Part shown: positions 9,460 to 19,489 of the stretch, in pieces
How positions within the stretch are numbered: the first letter of the stretch is position 1
How the letters are laid out: the number at the start of each line of letters is the position of its first letter
NCBI GenBank assembly: GCA_947588205.1
Contig: CANPYG010000002.1
Span: 11,427-75,426, forward strand
Direction: 5' to 3'
Length of the DNA: 64,000 bases
DNA from: an uncultured Acetatifactor sp.
Lineage (GTDB): Bacteria; Bacillota; Clostridia; Lachnospirales; Lachnospiraceae
Translations under genes and position numbers: made by a program
The notes under the pieces: model-generated
The model's database searches: none
What the model saw: only the letters and a program-made list of their open reading frames with translations
What the model was told of the DNA's origin: nothing

Positions 9460-10674
9460 ATGAAAAAGAAAATTTTACTTACTCTTTTCCCTTGTCTGCT
9501 CCTCCTCTTGGGAAGCAGCATAACAACACTTAACAGCAGGGCTGCGGAAATCGGGGCTGCAGGAGCACCTGACACGGGCATTTCCCAGAAGGGAAGCGCA
9601 ACCGCGCGGGATATTTTTGATACTAATACGGTAGGCGGATTCTTTTCTCCTGCTTTGAATATCACAGAAAACCCAATTCCTTCTGCGGATATACCGGCGG
9701 AAGCATCCGATGACCTTGAAAACGAATACAGCACCTTTGCGATCGCTGATGTGAACAACTACGTGAATGTCAGAAGCCTTCCCAGCACGGATGGCGAGAT
9801 TCTCGGCAAAATGTATGACGGCTCCGTAGCGGAGATTCTTGCCACAGAGGGCAGCGGAGATGAAATGTGGTTTAAAGTGGTCTCCGGGGACGTGGAAGGA
9901 TACATCAAAGCGCAGTACTTCATCTACGGAGAGGATGCGGCGGCCGTGATTGACGATTACGTTACCCGGTACGCCCAGGTGCAGGCGAGCAGACTTAATG
10001 TAAGGGAGGCGCCCAGCATTGACGCATCCCGGATCGGCTACCTTGATAACGGGGAAAAGGTAAAGATCCTGGAGACGGGGGAGGAATGGCTGAAGGTACA
10101 ATATACGGATACCACCGTGGGATACATTGCCGCAGAATATACCTCTACCGTAGAGGAATTTATCCATGCGAAGTCCATAGAGGAAGAACGCGCGGAGCTG
10201 GAAGCCCAGCGCAAAGCCGCCGCAAGGGCACAGGAGACAGAGAGCTCCAAGCCGGAGGATACTTTTGTTCCCGTTCCCGTCGGTACCAATTATACTTCCA
10301 ATGAAGAGTTAAGATCCGCCATTGTGGAATACGCCATGCAGTTCCTTGGGAACAAATACGTGAGCGGAGGACGCAGCCTTGCATCAGGAACCGACTGCTC
10401 CGGTTTCACCTGTTACATTTATGCGGAATTTGGCTATTCCTTAAGCAGGACGCCGGAAGGCCAGTGGAATTCCAATGGCCGTAAGATCACCGCCGATGAG
10501 ATTCAGCCGGGCGATATTGTATGCTACAGCTCAAAGGGATCTAAATGCACCCATGTAGGGCTTTACATCGGTGATGGGCAGATTATCCACTCCGCCAATT
10601 CCAGAAAAGGCGTCATCATCAGCGATATCTACTATGACAACACCTTTATCGGAATCAAAAATGTAATTGATTAA
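9460..10674 (+). CDS. SH3b x2 + NlpC/P60 peptidoglycan endopeptidase
   Basis: Signal peptide; YVNVRSLPS and LNVREAPS SH3 starts; DCSG, HVGLYIG and IHS catalytic triad. Confidence 0.93.
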   Translation: MKKKILLTLFPCLLLLLGSSITTLNSRAAEIGAAGAPDTGISQKGSATARDIFDTNTVGGFFSPALNITENPIPSADIPAEASDDLENEYSTFAIADVNNYVNVRSLPSTDGEILGKMYDGSVAEILATEGSGDEMWFKVVSGDVEGYIKAQYFIYGEDAAAVIDDYVTRYAQVQASRLNVREAPSIDASRIGYLDNGEKVKILETGEEWLKVQYTDTTVGYIAAEYTSTVEEFIHAKSIEEERAELEAQRKAAARAQETESSKPEDTFVPVPVGTNYTSNEELRSAIVEYAMQFLGNKYVSGGRSLASGTDCSGFTCYIYAEFGYSLSRTPEGQWNSNGRKITADEIQPGDIVCYSSKGSKCTHVGLYIGDGQIIHSANSRKGVIISDIYYDNTFIGIKNVID

Positions 10675-10688
10675 GAACAGCTTAAACT

Positions 10689-12083
10689 TCATATGAACCG
10701 ATTAGCCGCGACCCGGGGCAAATCATTCAGGATCTGTTCCCTGGTCAGCTTCCAATCCCCTATGACCTCTTCACTCCATCCGATCAGATCCGAATAGGAA
10801 AAGGTGATGCCGCCATAGGGGATTATTCCATGGTCAGATGCCAGATCCTGACTATACTCATCCAACAGATAAATCTTTTTAAAACGATTCGGGTTATAGG
10901 AATACTGACAGACCAGGGGAAGCATCCCTGTCTTTTCACTGTCAATGGCGACTCCCTCTTCCGTCACATGAAAAGTCACCCAGGCAAGCCCTTCCAGCAT
11001 ATTCTTGGCACCCTTCATGGTGGAAACATAATTCCCCAAAGAATAAAAGCATAATGTCCTGTTGCCGTTTTCGGACTCCAGCCATTCTACCCTTTGAACC
11101 ACATGGGGATGGGTCCCGATAATCAGATCCGCACCGGCGTCCGTCATCTGCTGCGCGAACTTTTCCTGGGCCTTGGTGGGGGTCATGCTGTTTTCCGTTC
11201 CCCAGTGCGGGCAAACAATAACAACATCCGCTATTTCCCTGGCGGTGCGGATATCCTCCAGCACCTGCGGATTTATCACCGTATAATCAATTGCCCTGCT
11301 CTTTTCATCCACGGCGCAGAGAAGCTCCAGCCTGTTTGTCACACTGGAGGACACAACCTCATAGTTGGGGCCGAAGGTATAATTTAAGATGGCGAAGTCT
11401 ATATCCCCGATCGTTAGAACAGGAACCCTGTTTACCGGTTCTTCTGACTCAGGCTTATGAATTCCCAGCATCATCACCTCCGGATGCGTCTTCCAGAAAT
11501 CAATACAGCTGTCTATTCCTTCCACCTTTTTATCCGCAGCATGATTTGTCGCGTGAAGGACCACATTAAAGCCCGCCGCCGCAATGGCGTCCCCTACTTC
11601 TGTCGGAGAGTTAAAGGCCGGATAACCGGAAAAACCCTTTTCATTTCCTCCGAGAATGGTCTCCTGGTTAATGATCTTAATATCCGCCGCATCCAGATAC
11701 TCTGCGATATCCTCGAACAAAAACGAATAATCATAGCTTCCGTCAGACTGTTTTCCCGTATTGACAATTCCCATGTGCATCAGATTATCGCCCACTGCCA
11801 TAAGAGAAATATCATATTCCTGAAAGGCTTCCTCTGTTTCAGCCGTGCTTTCCGCAGAAGATGCCTGACCGCCCGGCGTCCCGGCCTTGTCCGGCGTTTC
11901 AGTCCCGTCCGACGTCTCATCCCCGCCCGGCGCTCCGGTTCCTTGTACGGAAGGAAGGACCAGATCCTCCCCCAGAACCTCAATGGTGGAAAAATCGTCC
12001 GCCCCGCCGCACCCGGCCAACAGGAATACTGCTGCCAGCAGCATTACAAGCCAAGTTTTTACTTTTATTGTCCTGCCCCTCAT
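10689..12083 (-). CDS. CapA/PGA_cap-family metallophosphatase-fold lipoprotein
   Basis: Lipobox LAGC; AVGDNLMH, ATNHAAD, PHWGTE, IIGTHPHVVQ and YSLGNY motifs. Confidence 0.9.
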   Translation of the reverse strand: MRGRTIKVKTWLVMLLAAVFLLAGCGGADDFSTIEVLGEDLVLPSVQGTGAPGGDETSDGTETPDKAGTPGGQASSAESTAETEEAFQEYDISLMAVGDNLMHMGIVNTGKQSDGSYDYSFLFEDIAEYLDAADIKIINQETILGGNEKGFSGYPAFNSPTEVGDAIAAAGFNVVLHATNHAADKKVEGIDSCIDFWKTHPEVMMLGIHKPESEEPVNRVPVLTIGDIDFAILNYTFGPNYEVVSSSVTNRLELLCAVDEKSRAIDYTVINPQVLEDIRTAREIADVVIVCPHWGTENSMTPTKAQEKFAQQMTDAGADLIIGTHPHVVQRVEWLESENGNRTLCFYSLGNYVSTMKGAKNMLEGLAWVTFHVTEEGVAIDSEKTGMLPLVCQYSYNPNRFKKIYLLDEYSQDLASDHGIIPYGGITFSYSDLIGWSEEVIGDWKLTREQILNDLPRVAANRFI

Positions 12084-12088
12084 AAACG

Positions 12089-13636
12089 CTAAAACACCTT
12101 CTTTTCCTTTATCATCAGGAACAAACCCACGCCCGCGACAGCCAGTCCTGCCACACATGCCGGCCAGCTCAGAATAGGCGTCTGGGAGAGAGCCGTGTAA
12201 TTAAACAGACAGAAGACCAGATTGATCAACACATGAACTCCCACGGCGATACGGAAATCTCCGAAGAATTCATAAGCATAGGTTATGATCAGGCCTATCA
12301 GGATGCCGTAAAACATCATAATAGAGTAGCCGAAATAATATCCGTAAAAAAGCGTCGTCATCAGCAGCGCTATCTTAGGCGTCATAAACTTCTTCACGCC
12401 GTTATAAACAATGCCACGGAACATCAATTCCTCCGCGATAGGGGAACAGATACACTGATAAATAAAAATGCTCAAAAGGTATTGCATAAAATGCGGCGTC
12501 TCCCTGACTTCCCTGTAAGATGCCGCTATGTCAATCAGCCCTGCCTGATCGATCAGGGCAAAGAAGCTTATCACACTGCCTATGGCGATTCCTGCAATAA
12601 TAACATAGTTTTTGACCGGCTCCGGCTTCAGATGCGTCAGCTTCATCTCCTCTGCCCTCCGCGCTATCATCGGACGGGCATACCTTAAGATAAACAGGCC
12701 GGCAACAATATAGCTGAGCATTGTTACAACTACGCTGGCGAGACCTGTCATCGACATTTCTTCACCCTGCTGGACTACAATAAAATCCCTCAGCGCTTCG
12801 TTCTGGGAAATCATCTGCATAATGGATGTAAAAAAAAGTCCTGCCGCGGCCCTCGCCAGAATGAACAGAAGATATGGGAGCAATACTCTCCACAGATCCT
12901 TCATGCCGCTGTTCTGGGGCTTCTTCGCGCCCGGCTGCTGAGCCTTATGGACCTCATCCATACGCTCCTTCGCATCCACCTCACGCATCAGAAGCTTCTT
13001 CAATTCAGCAACACTCTGCACAATATAATCGGCCCTGGCCTCCTTCAATTCCTCCATACTGCCATAGCCATAGGTCACGCCGATGCTCTCAATATGAAAG
13101 GTCCTCGCGCCCTCTATGTCATACTTCCGGTCACCGATCATGAAAATCTCATCATTTTTGATAGGCTTATCCCCGAAGAATTTTCGCAGCACCTCCACGA
13201 TGACCTGAGCCTTTTTCACCCTGGTACCATCCAGCTCGCTGCCCAGGACCACTTCAAAATAGGAATCCAGCTTGAAGTGCTTAAGAATCCTCTCCACGAA
13301 TACAGTGGGCTTGCTGGAGACTACGGCCATATGCATTCCAGCCGCCTTCATGGTACGCAACAGGTCATGAATCCCCCCGTACAGCTCATTTTCAAAAATT
13401 CCGGTATCACGGAAACGCTCCCTGTACTTCTCAATCGCGCGGTCCGCCTGTTCCTCCGTCATTTGATAGAATTCCATAAAGCTGTCCTTAAGGGGCGGAC
13501 CGATAAAAGGCTCCAGCTTATCAAGATCCGGTTCATCAATGCCGAAATCCGCAAGCGCGTACTGTACGCAGGTGGTGATTCCTACCTTAGGGTCCGTCAG
13601 TGTTCCATCCAAATCAAACAAAAGATATTGCTTCAT
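12089..13636 (-). CDS. HAD-family phosphatase fused to a CPBP/CAAX (Abi) intramembrane protease domain
   Basis: N-terminal DLDGT, SSK and GDRKYD motifs; C-terminal multi-TM region with AEELMFRG and HVLIN. Confidence 0.85.
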   Translation of the reverse strand: MKQYLLFDLDGTLTDPKVGITTCVQYALADFGIDEPDLDKLEPFIGPPLKDSFMEFYQMTEEQADRAIEKYRERFRDTGIFENELYGGIHDLLRTMKAAGMHMAVVSSKPTVFVERILKHFKLDSYFEVVLGSELDGTRVKKAQVIVEVLRKFFGDKPIKNDEIFMIGDRKYDIEGARTFHIESIGVTYGYGSMEELKEARADYIVQSVAELKKLLMREVDAKERMDEVHKAQQPGAKKPQNSGMKDLWRVLLPYLLFILARAAAGLFFTSIMQMISQNEALRDFIVVQQGEEMSMTGLASVVVTMLSYIVAGLFILRYARPMIARRAEEMKLTHLKPEPVKNYVIIAGIAIGSVISFFALIDQAGLIDIAASYREVRETPHFMQYLLSIFIYQCICSPIAEELMFRGIVYNGVKKFMTPKIALLMTTLFYGYYFGYSIMMFYGILIGLIITYAYEFFGDFRIAVGVHVLINLVFCLFNYTALSQTPILSWPACVAGLAVAGVGLFLMIKEKKVF

Positions 13637-13695
13637 TTCTCTGCTCCTATCCGCGTGATCTCCCACGCTTTCCTCTTTAGGTATCTCCGGTCAGG

Positions 13696-14196
13696 CTAAA
13701 AGCTCCGAATCTTGTCTCCGTCATCCTCTGTTTTCTCAATCTGCTTGATGCATACATCATATTCCACGGCATCATTTACCTGTACATGTACCGTTTCCCC
13801 TACCTTATGCCCCAAAAGCGCCTTGCCCAGGGGAGATTCATTGCTGATCAGGCCCTCCAGGGAATTTCCCCGCACTGTGGTAACGATCTTATAGGTCTCT
13901 TCCGTGCCTTCGTCCAGGAATTCTACCGTTACGGTATTGTTAATGCCAACCTCATCAGACGCTGATTCCTCAGATATGATCTTAGCAGTCCTGATCATCC
14001 TCTCCAGGTAGCGTATCCGGCTCTCGTTCTGGTTCTTTACCTTCTTTGCGGCGTGGTATTCAAAATTTTCGCTCAGGTCCCCATGCGCCCTGGCCTGCTT
14101 CACATCCTCCAGCGCCCTGGGGCGGACCACCAGCTTACGGTACTCGATCTCCTCTTCCATCTTTTTAATATCTGTCGCCGTTAATTCATCGTACAT
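13696..14196 (-). CDS. greA: GreA/GreB-family transcription elongation factor
   Basis: ARAHGDLSENFEYHAAK and ISNESPLGKALLG motifs. Confidence 0.9.
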   Translation of the reverse strand: MYDELTATDIKKMEEEIEYRKLVVRPRALEDVKQARAHGDLSENFEYHAAKKVKNQNESRIRYLERMIRTAKIISEESASDEVGINNTVTVEFLDEGTEETYKIVTTVRGNSLEGLISNESPLGKALLGHKVGETVHVQVNDAVEYDVCIKQIEKTEDDGDKIRSF

Positions 14197-14294
14197 TTCT
14201 CGGTTCCCCCATTTCAATTATACCCTGTAGCTGTGCGCCCACAGGCGCATATTCATTCATAAGCCGACCGATGCCCTTACGGCCGGCATTATAA

Positions 14295-15272
14295 TTATAC
14301 CTGCAAAGCGAATAAAACCGCCATTGATAAAATGATCTGTATGATCGCGAAGCGGTAAACGGTCTGCGTATTGGACCACCCGAATTCCTTCCGCACATGA
14401 TCGTGAAGCGGCAGCCTTACCTTCGTAAGGACATGAATCTTGCAGAAACGAAGCAGGGCAACCTTTATCAGACCCAGGCCACCGTCCAAAATCAGCATCA
14501 GCGCCACCGGTATATAGAGGAACGGATAGCCTGTTTTAAGGACGGCAATACAGATAAAAAGCCCCATTGCCCTGGAACCGGCATCCCCCATCATAAGCTT
14601 GCTGGGCGTCGCATTATACCACAGATACCCCAGGATACAGACCGTAAAGAGCAGGATCAGAAACGAAAAATCCCCCGCCTTATCCTTCATTCTCTCAATG
14701 GAATAAATGGTCATCAGCGTAATGATCGCAAGGGTTCCGGACAGCCCGTCCACTCCGTCGGAACAGTTTGTCACGTTCACAGATACCCATGCAAGCACCA
14801 CAATGCCCAAAGCCATCAGGAAAGGATGCAGGGAGATTGACAGCCCTGCAAACGCCAGTTCAAACTGGCTGGGATGAAAGTGCAGATAGGTAAGCGCGAC
14901 CAATATCGCCACGCACAGATCCAGAAAACCCTTCCTGTATTCTCCCCAGGGAGCCTTTGCAGCATCGTCCAGGTATCCCGTCATCATACAGATCACCAGC
15001 AGGATCATATAAATAATGTTCTCCGTTTCAAACGGAACAAACAATAAAACCGCCGCCACAAACACCCAGATAAAAATAATTCCTGCTCCTCTGGGCTTCC
15101 CTGTCGTCTTCTTGCCTTCAACCGCATAATCCCTTCCCGGGTCCTTCGGAAGGAACCTTCCCAGCTTCGCAAGGGCCGCTACCGTTGCAATAAACGCGCA
15201 CATCACCCCAATAAAAGAAATCAAAGAAGCATAGCCCTCCGATATCAGCCAATATAACATAATCTCTCCCAT
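14295..15272 (-). CDS. MraY-like polyprenyl-phosphate sugar-1-P transferase (GT4 family), paralogue outside the dcw cluster
   Basis: GYLDD, NVTNCSDGVDG, MMGDAGS and PLHDH motifs; about 10 TM segments. Confidence 0.85.
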   Translation of the reverse strand: MGEIMLYWLISEGYASLISFIGVMCAFIATVAALAKLGRFLPKDPGRDYAVEGKKTTGKPRGAGIIFIWVFVAAVLLFVPFETENIIYMILLVICMMTGYLDDAAKAPWGEYRKGFLDLCVAILVALTYLHFHPSQFELAFAGLSISLHPFLMALGIVVLAWVSVNVTNCSDGVDGLSGTLAIITLMTIYSIERMKDKAGDFSFLILLFTVCILGYLWYNATPSKLMMGDAGSRAMGLFICIAVLKTGYPFLYIPVALMLILDGGLGLIKVALLRFCKIHVLTKVRLPLHDHVRKEFGWSNTQTVYRFAIIQIILSMAVLFALQV

Positions 15273-15399
15273 CCGCCGCCCTGTCTGACAGGGCGGTCCC
15301 TACCGCTTTCTTCATTCAGTCGTTACGCCGGATAAAATCATTTTATCCGTCCGGGGGGGCAATGTCAAGAGAAGAACGGGATTCTGACCTACTTTCTTG

Positions 15400-16422
15400 C
15401 TAAATCTCCACGAGCTCCTGGTTCCAGGTATGATAGCGATAGACACGGTTGGTAAGCATCTCCTCCTTTGGAAAGGCCGCGTTGATCTCCCGGATGGACT
15501 CCTTCATACATAACGGCGACTGTTGATCGACCGGATGGATCACCGCCTCATGAATGCTGGTAAAACCCACATAGTAATCCCCAAACAGCTCTCCCAGCCG
15601 CTCCTTCACCCCCGGATAAAAGATCGCTATGGCGCCGTTGATAGATTTTGTGGTGGTCAGACGATAACCCAACGTACCGTCCACCTCATTTCCCGGCTGG
15701 AACAGCTCCGCCGGCCCGGGCTTCGTCTGCGCCTGATAAGGCGGAATTCCTTCAGGAACCATAAACACCCCTTCTTCGGGAGCATGTCTGACCTTAAGAT
15801 CCGTACTTCGGTATATTCTGGGAGGCATGAGCTGAACCGTATTCTGGAATGCGTTCTCCATAAGCTCCTCCTTTGAAATATCCCATTCTTCTATTATTTC
15901 CTTCCTCATTTTCATTGTCATATAATCATCCTCTGCATCATAAACCACCCCGTACAGAGTCAGGGCTATATCCCCGAATTTCCAGTAAACACTGTCTTCC
16001 AGCTCAAAACGGTTCAAATGATAATTGATCGGCCTTAGAATCAGCCTGTCCTTTGTCTTCCCATAGCCCTCTTTCCCCAGATGCAGCCACTCTGTGCTCA
16101 GCCCGGAGCGCTGGATCCGAAGCAGAAGCTCCGGTATGATCTTCTGCCAGCCCTCCTTTTTATAACGTTCAAAATACTCATGGATATCCCAATTCATCAT
16201 ACTGCGGATGCTCCCGTCCCCCCATATCACATGAATATAATCTTCATGGATCACATTATCCTCCCTGCCGGAAGTAATTCTGTTTATGTACCGTATCATA
16301 TTTAACATCTGCTCATCCTGTGTCGTATATCCTTTCTCCAGCAGCATAATCTTTCTTCCCTGCACTTCCTCCTGCTGCATAATAATACGATACAGTTCAC
16401 CCTTAAACTCTTCATAAGTCAT
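15400..16422 (-). CDS. DUF5688-like hypothetical protein
   Basis: MTYEEFK start; LTTTKSINGAIAIFYPG ... SIHEAVI ... LTNRVYRY pattern recalled from this Lachnospiraceae family. Confidence 0.7.
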   Translation of the reverse strand: MTYEEFKGELYRIIMQQEEVQGRKIMLLEKGYTTQDEQMLNMIRYINRITSGREDNVIHEDYIHVIWGDGSIRSMMNWDIHEYFERYKKEGWQKIIPELLLRIQRSGLSTEWLHLGKEGYGKTKDRLILRPINYHLNRFELEDSVYWKFGDIALTLYGVVYDAEDDYMTMKMRKEIIEEWDISKEELMENAFQNTVQLMPPRIYRSTDLKVRHAPEEGVFMVPEGIPPYQAQTKPGPAELFQPGNEVDGTLGYRLTTTKSINGAIAIFYPGVKERLGELFGDYYVGFTSIHEAVIHPVDQQSPLCMKESIREINAAFPKEEMLTNRVYRYHTWNQELVEI

Positions 16423-16453
16423 AGTTCTGCATCTCCTTCGGTTCTTCATTATA

Positions 16454-16505
16454 ATGTTTTGATTTCATGTTTTGATTTCATGTTTTGCTTTCATGTTTTT
16501 CTGTC
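16454..16505. repeat. 4 x 13-bp tandem repeat (atgttttgatttc)
   Basis: Two identical and two degenerate units abutting a minus-strand TATAAT at 16448-16453. Confidence 0.85.
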
Positions 16506-16917
16506 ATGCCGAAAACGTTCAACACTGACAGACAACTGCCCGCCGCCCCTGTTCCTGCAATAAGAAAGTGGTCGGAACGCCCTGAAAACAGCCTCTGCGC
16601 ACGGCGCGGCCCATTTAAAATAGTTGGAATAATTTGAGATTGACTAGATTTCCCGGTGAAAAGGCGTTGAGACCTGCCCATTCCCTCCTTTCCTGTCAAA
16701 ATGACCCTGCCCTTTCATCACCGGAATGCTGCTCTGATAGTAAGATAGACGATAGCCACGATCGGTAAGGAGTCAGACGCTCCTACCATTACACAATCAC
16801 GAATCCCCTTTGAGGCGATATCTTTCATAGGTATGTCGCGGATCATATCAGATGGTCCCCTGTCCATTGATAAATCCGGAAATCACTGGAATGTCCTTAT
16901 CATATCATACTTAAAAG

Positions 16918-16952
16918 GGGTTGTCATTTAACAGCGTGTTAAATGACAACCC
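16918..16952 (-). terminator. Perfect 16-bp inverted repeat, terminator downstream of the XRE gene
   Basis: gggttgtcatttaaca-gcg-tgttaaatgacaaccc, followed by cTTTT on the minus strand. Confidence 0.75.
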
Positions 16953-17005
16953 TATCCTCATATGATATAATATTCTTTTGTTTATTTCAGGAAATACCTG
17001 CTTTC

Positions 17006-17326
17006 TCACAGATGCATCCAGTAAAACAGCAGCCGCTTCCCGCAATCCGGGATGCTCCCCTTCTCCACCAGCCATCCCGTGCTGTCCTTTTCTTCCTCCA
17101 GCAGCTCTTCTATCGGAAGTCCAAGATATTTACTGATGGCGTACATATTATCCAGATTGGGCAGCCTTTTTCCTTCAAACCACATATAGACCGCCTGCAC
17201 CGACCCCAGGTGAAGAAACTGCTGCAGCTCACTGGCCGTCACATGCCTGCTCTCGCAGGCCTTCTTCAGGTTCCTGCCAAAAAGCCCTGCGTCAAGAGAC
17301 GGATAGCCCTTCTCCTCATTCTGCAT
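17006..17326 (-). CDS. XRE/Cro-like HTH transcriptional regulator
   Basis: GRNLKK ... ELQQFL ... QAVYMWFEGKRLPNLDNMYAIS ... PIEELL. Confidence 0.85.
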   Translation of the reverse strand: MQNEEKGYPSLDAGLFGRNLKKACESRHVTASELQQFLHLGSVQAVYMWFEGKRLPNLDNMYAISKYLGLPIEELLEEEKDSTGWLVEKGSIPDCGKRLLFYWMHL

Positions 17327-17383
17327 ACATTTCCTTTCAGCCCTTCACTTCAGGCAATTTGAAAGCTTCTGATCAATGTGCCC

Positions 17384-17408
17384 TAAAGTATCTTCGAGAG
17401 ATACTTTA
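17384..17408. promoter_or_regulatory. Palindromic operator just downstream of an extended -10 (TG-n-TATAAT at 17413-17418, minus)
   Basis: taaagtatct-tcgag-agatacttta. Confidence 0.5.
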
Positions 17409-17451
17409 ACTCATTATACCATGTTCCGAAGGATTTCGCCAGATTTTTCTT

Positions 17452-19326
17452 TTATCGCCCCTGTTTTCTGACACTCCTGATACAGCTTAAAAACTTTTCC
17501 CCATATTTTTCAAACTTATACTCTCCGATCCCTGATACCTTCAGCATCCCCTCTTTATCTTCCGGATGCAGGCTGGCCATCTGAATCAGGGTTTTGTCGG
17601 AAAAAACAATATAAGGGGGCACCTTTTCTTCCCTGGCAATTTCCATGCGCAGGGCGCGCAACGCCTCAAACAGCTTCCGCTCCTCATCCTCCAGCCACGC
17701 GGCCCCTTTTCTTTTCCTTCCGCCTGCGTTGCCCGAATCTGCACCCTGAGACGCGCCCAAAGCCCCCGCCCCTTTCTCGGTTTCCTTCGCCATCTTCATT
17801 ACCAGATGCGCGCCGTCCGCCAAAAGATCCTTTGTCCTGTCCGTAAGCCTTACAAGCGTGTATTCGTCATTTGTAACTGTCAGATAATTTTCCAGCAAAA
17901 GATAATTGAGGACCTGGCGCAGTTTATTCATGTTGACCTTGGCAAGGCATCCGTAATAAGGATTCTGATCCATGCGATACCCACGGATCTTGGCGGTATT
18001 GGCGCCATGCACTGTATCCAGTATCACATTGATGCCATAGCGCTGCCTGCTGCTCCCCACACAGTTTACAAGCTTCTTCGCGATCTCCGTCACGTCCACC
18101 GATTCAAACCGGGTCAGGCAATTAGAGCAGTTGCCGCAGTAATTGTTGCCGTACTCTCCAAAATACCTCAGAATATAATCCCTCAGGCAGTCATTGGTAA
18201 AGCAGTAAAAGGTCATCCGTTTCAACCGTTCATGATCCCGCTCCATCAGGATTTCCCTGACCTGCGGCTCAAGCTCCTGCCTCTCCTGACTGTTTTCAAT
18301 CATATACTGGCAGGTGGCGACATCCTGGGGAGAATAATAAAGAATGCATTCCGACGGCTCCCCGTCCCTTCCCGCACGCCCGGCTTCCTGGTAATAGTTC
18401 TCCAGATTCTGCGGCATATTATAGTGGATCACATACCGCACATTGGATTTATCGATTCCCATACCGAACGCACTGGTCGCCACCATCACGGGCTTCACGT
18501 CATAGATAAAATCCTCCTGATTGCGCTTGCGCTCGTCTGCGCCTAGTCCAGCGTGATACCTGGTGGCGTCAATCCCCATATCCTCCAGGAATTCACATAC
18601 CGTCTCCACATTTTTACGGGTGGAGCAGTATATGATGCCGCTGTCAGAACGGTGCGCGCTCACATATTCCAGGAGGCACGCGTTTTTATTTTTTTCACGG
18701 CGCACCTCAAAATAGAGGTTTTCCCGGTTAAATCCGGTGACCAGTATTTCCGGGTCCATAAGCCCCAGCACGCATACGATGTCCTCCTGGACCTGCTTTG
18801 TCGCGGTGGCGGTAAAGGCACTGACGATGGGGCGCGCCGGGAGTTTTTCAATAAAACGGACGATGTTAAGGTAGCTGGGTCTGAAATCCTGTCCCCATTG
18901 CGAAATGCAATGCGCCTCATCCACCGTTACCATGGAAATCTCGGCATGCCCTGCGAAATTCAGGAAGCTTTCCGTCTCCAGGCGTTCCGGGGCCACATAG
19001 ATAATCTTATATTGACCCTGTGCGGCGTACTGTAGCGCCTTGTGGATCTGCCCCTCCGTCAGGGAGCTGTTGATATACGCCGCATGGACGCCCACCTGAT
19101 TCAAGGCTTTTACCTGATCCATCATGAGCGAGATCAGGGGGGAAATCACCAGGGTAATACCGGGAAGCATCAGGGCAGGAACCTGGTAGCACAGCGATTT
19201 CCCCGCTCCGGTGGGCATAATTCCCAGCGCATCCCTGCCCTGCAGGATCGCATCGATCATGACCTCCTGTCCGGTCCGGAACGTATCATAGCCAAAATAT
19301 TTCTTCAAAATCTCTTGTTTTGTCAT
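17452..19326 (-). CDS. recQ: DNA helicase RecQ
   Basis: MPTGAGKSLCYQ, DEAHC, TATAT, AFGMGIDK, QEAGRAGRDG, Zn-binding CGNCSNC, C-terminal HRDC. Confidence 0.97.
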   Translation of the reverse strand: MTKQEILKKYFGYDTFRTGQEVMIDAILQGRDALGIMPTGAGKSLCYQVPALMLPGITLVISPLISLMMDQVKALNQVGVHAAYINSSLTEGQIHKALQYAAQGQYKIIYVAPERLETESFLNFAGHAEISMVTVDEAHCISQWGQDFRPSYLNIVRFIEKLPARPIVSAFTATATKQVQEDIVCVLGLMDPEILVTGFNRENLYFEVRREKNKNACLLEYVSAHRSDSGIIYCSTRKNVETVCEFLEDMGIDATRYHAGLGADERKRNQEDFIYDVKPVMVATSAFGMGIDKSNVRYVIHYNMPQNLENYYQEAGRAGRDGEPSECILYYSPQDVATCQYMIENSQERQELEPQVREILMERDHERLKRMTFYCFTNDCLRDYILRYFGEYGNNYCGNCSNCLTRFESVDVTEIAKKLVNCVGSSRQRYGINVILDTVHGANTAKIRGYRMDQNPYYGCLAKVNMNKLRQVLNYLLLENYLTVTNDEYTLVRLTDRTKDLLADGAHLVMKMAKETEKGAGALGASQGADSGNAGGRKRKGAAWLEDEERKLFEALRALRMEIAREEKVPPYIVFSDKTLIQMASLHPEDKEGMLKVSGIGEYKFEKYGEKFLSCIRSVRKQGR

Positions 19327-19353
19327 ATGGAGCCCTTCCTCAAAACATCAGAA

Positions 19354-19400
19354 AGGCTTCGAAATCTCCCGGAGTATATCCTTTCCTGATTTCGAAGCCT
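19354..19400. terminator. 13-bp inverted repeat between the NlpC gene and recQ
   Basis: aggcttcgaaatc ... gatttcgaagcct; weak U-tract. Confidence 0.45.
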
Positions 19401-19489
19401 GTCATCTTTATTCTTCCACACCTATTCGGGAACCACCGTTCCAACATCCATATCACAGTGCGCCGCGCCGGATGCCCGTTACTCCTCCG

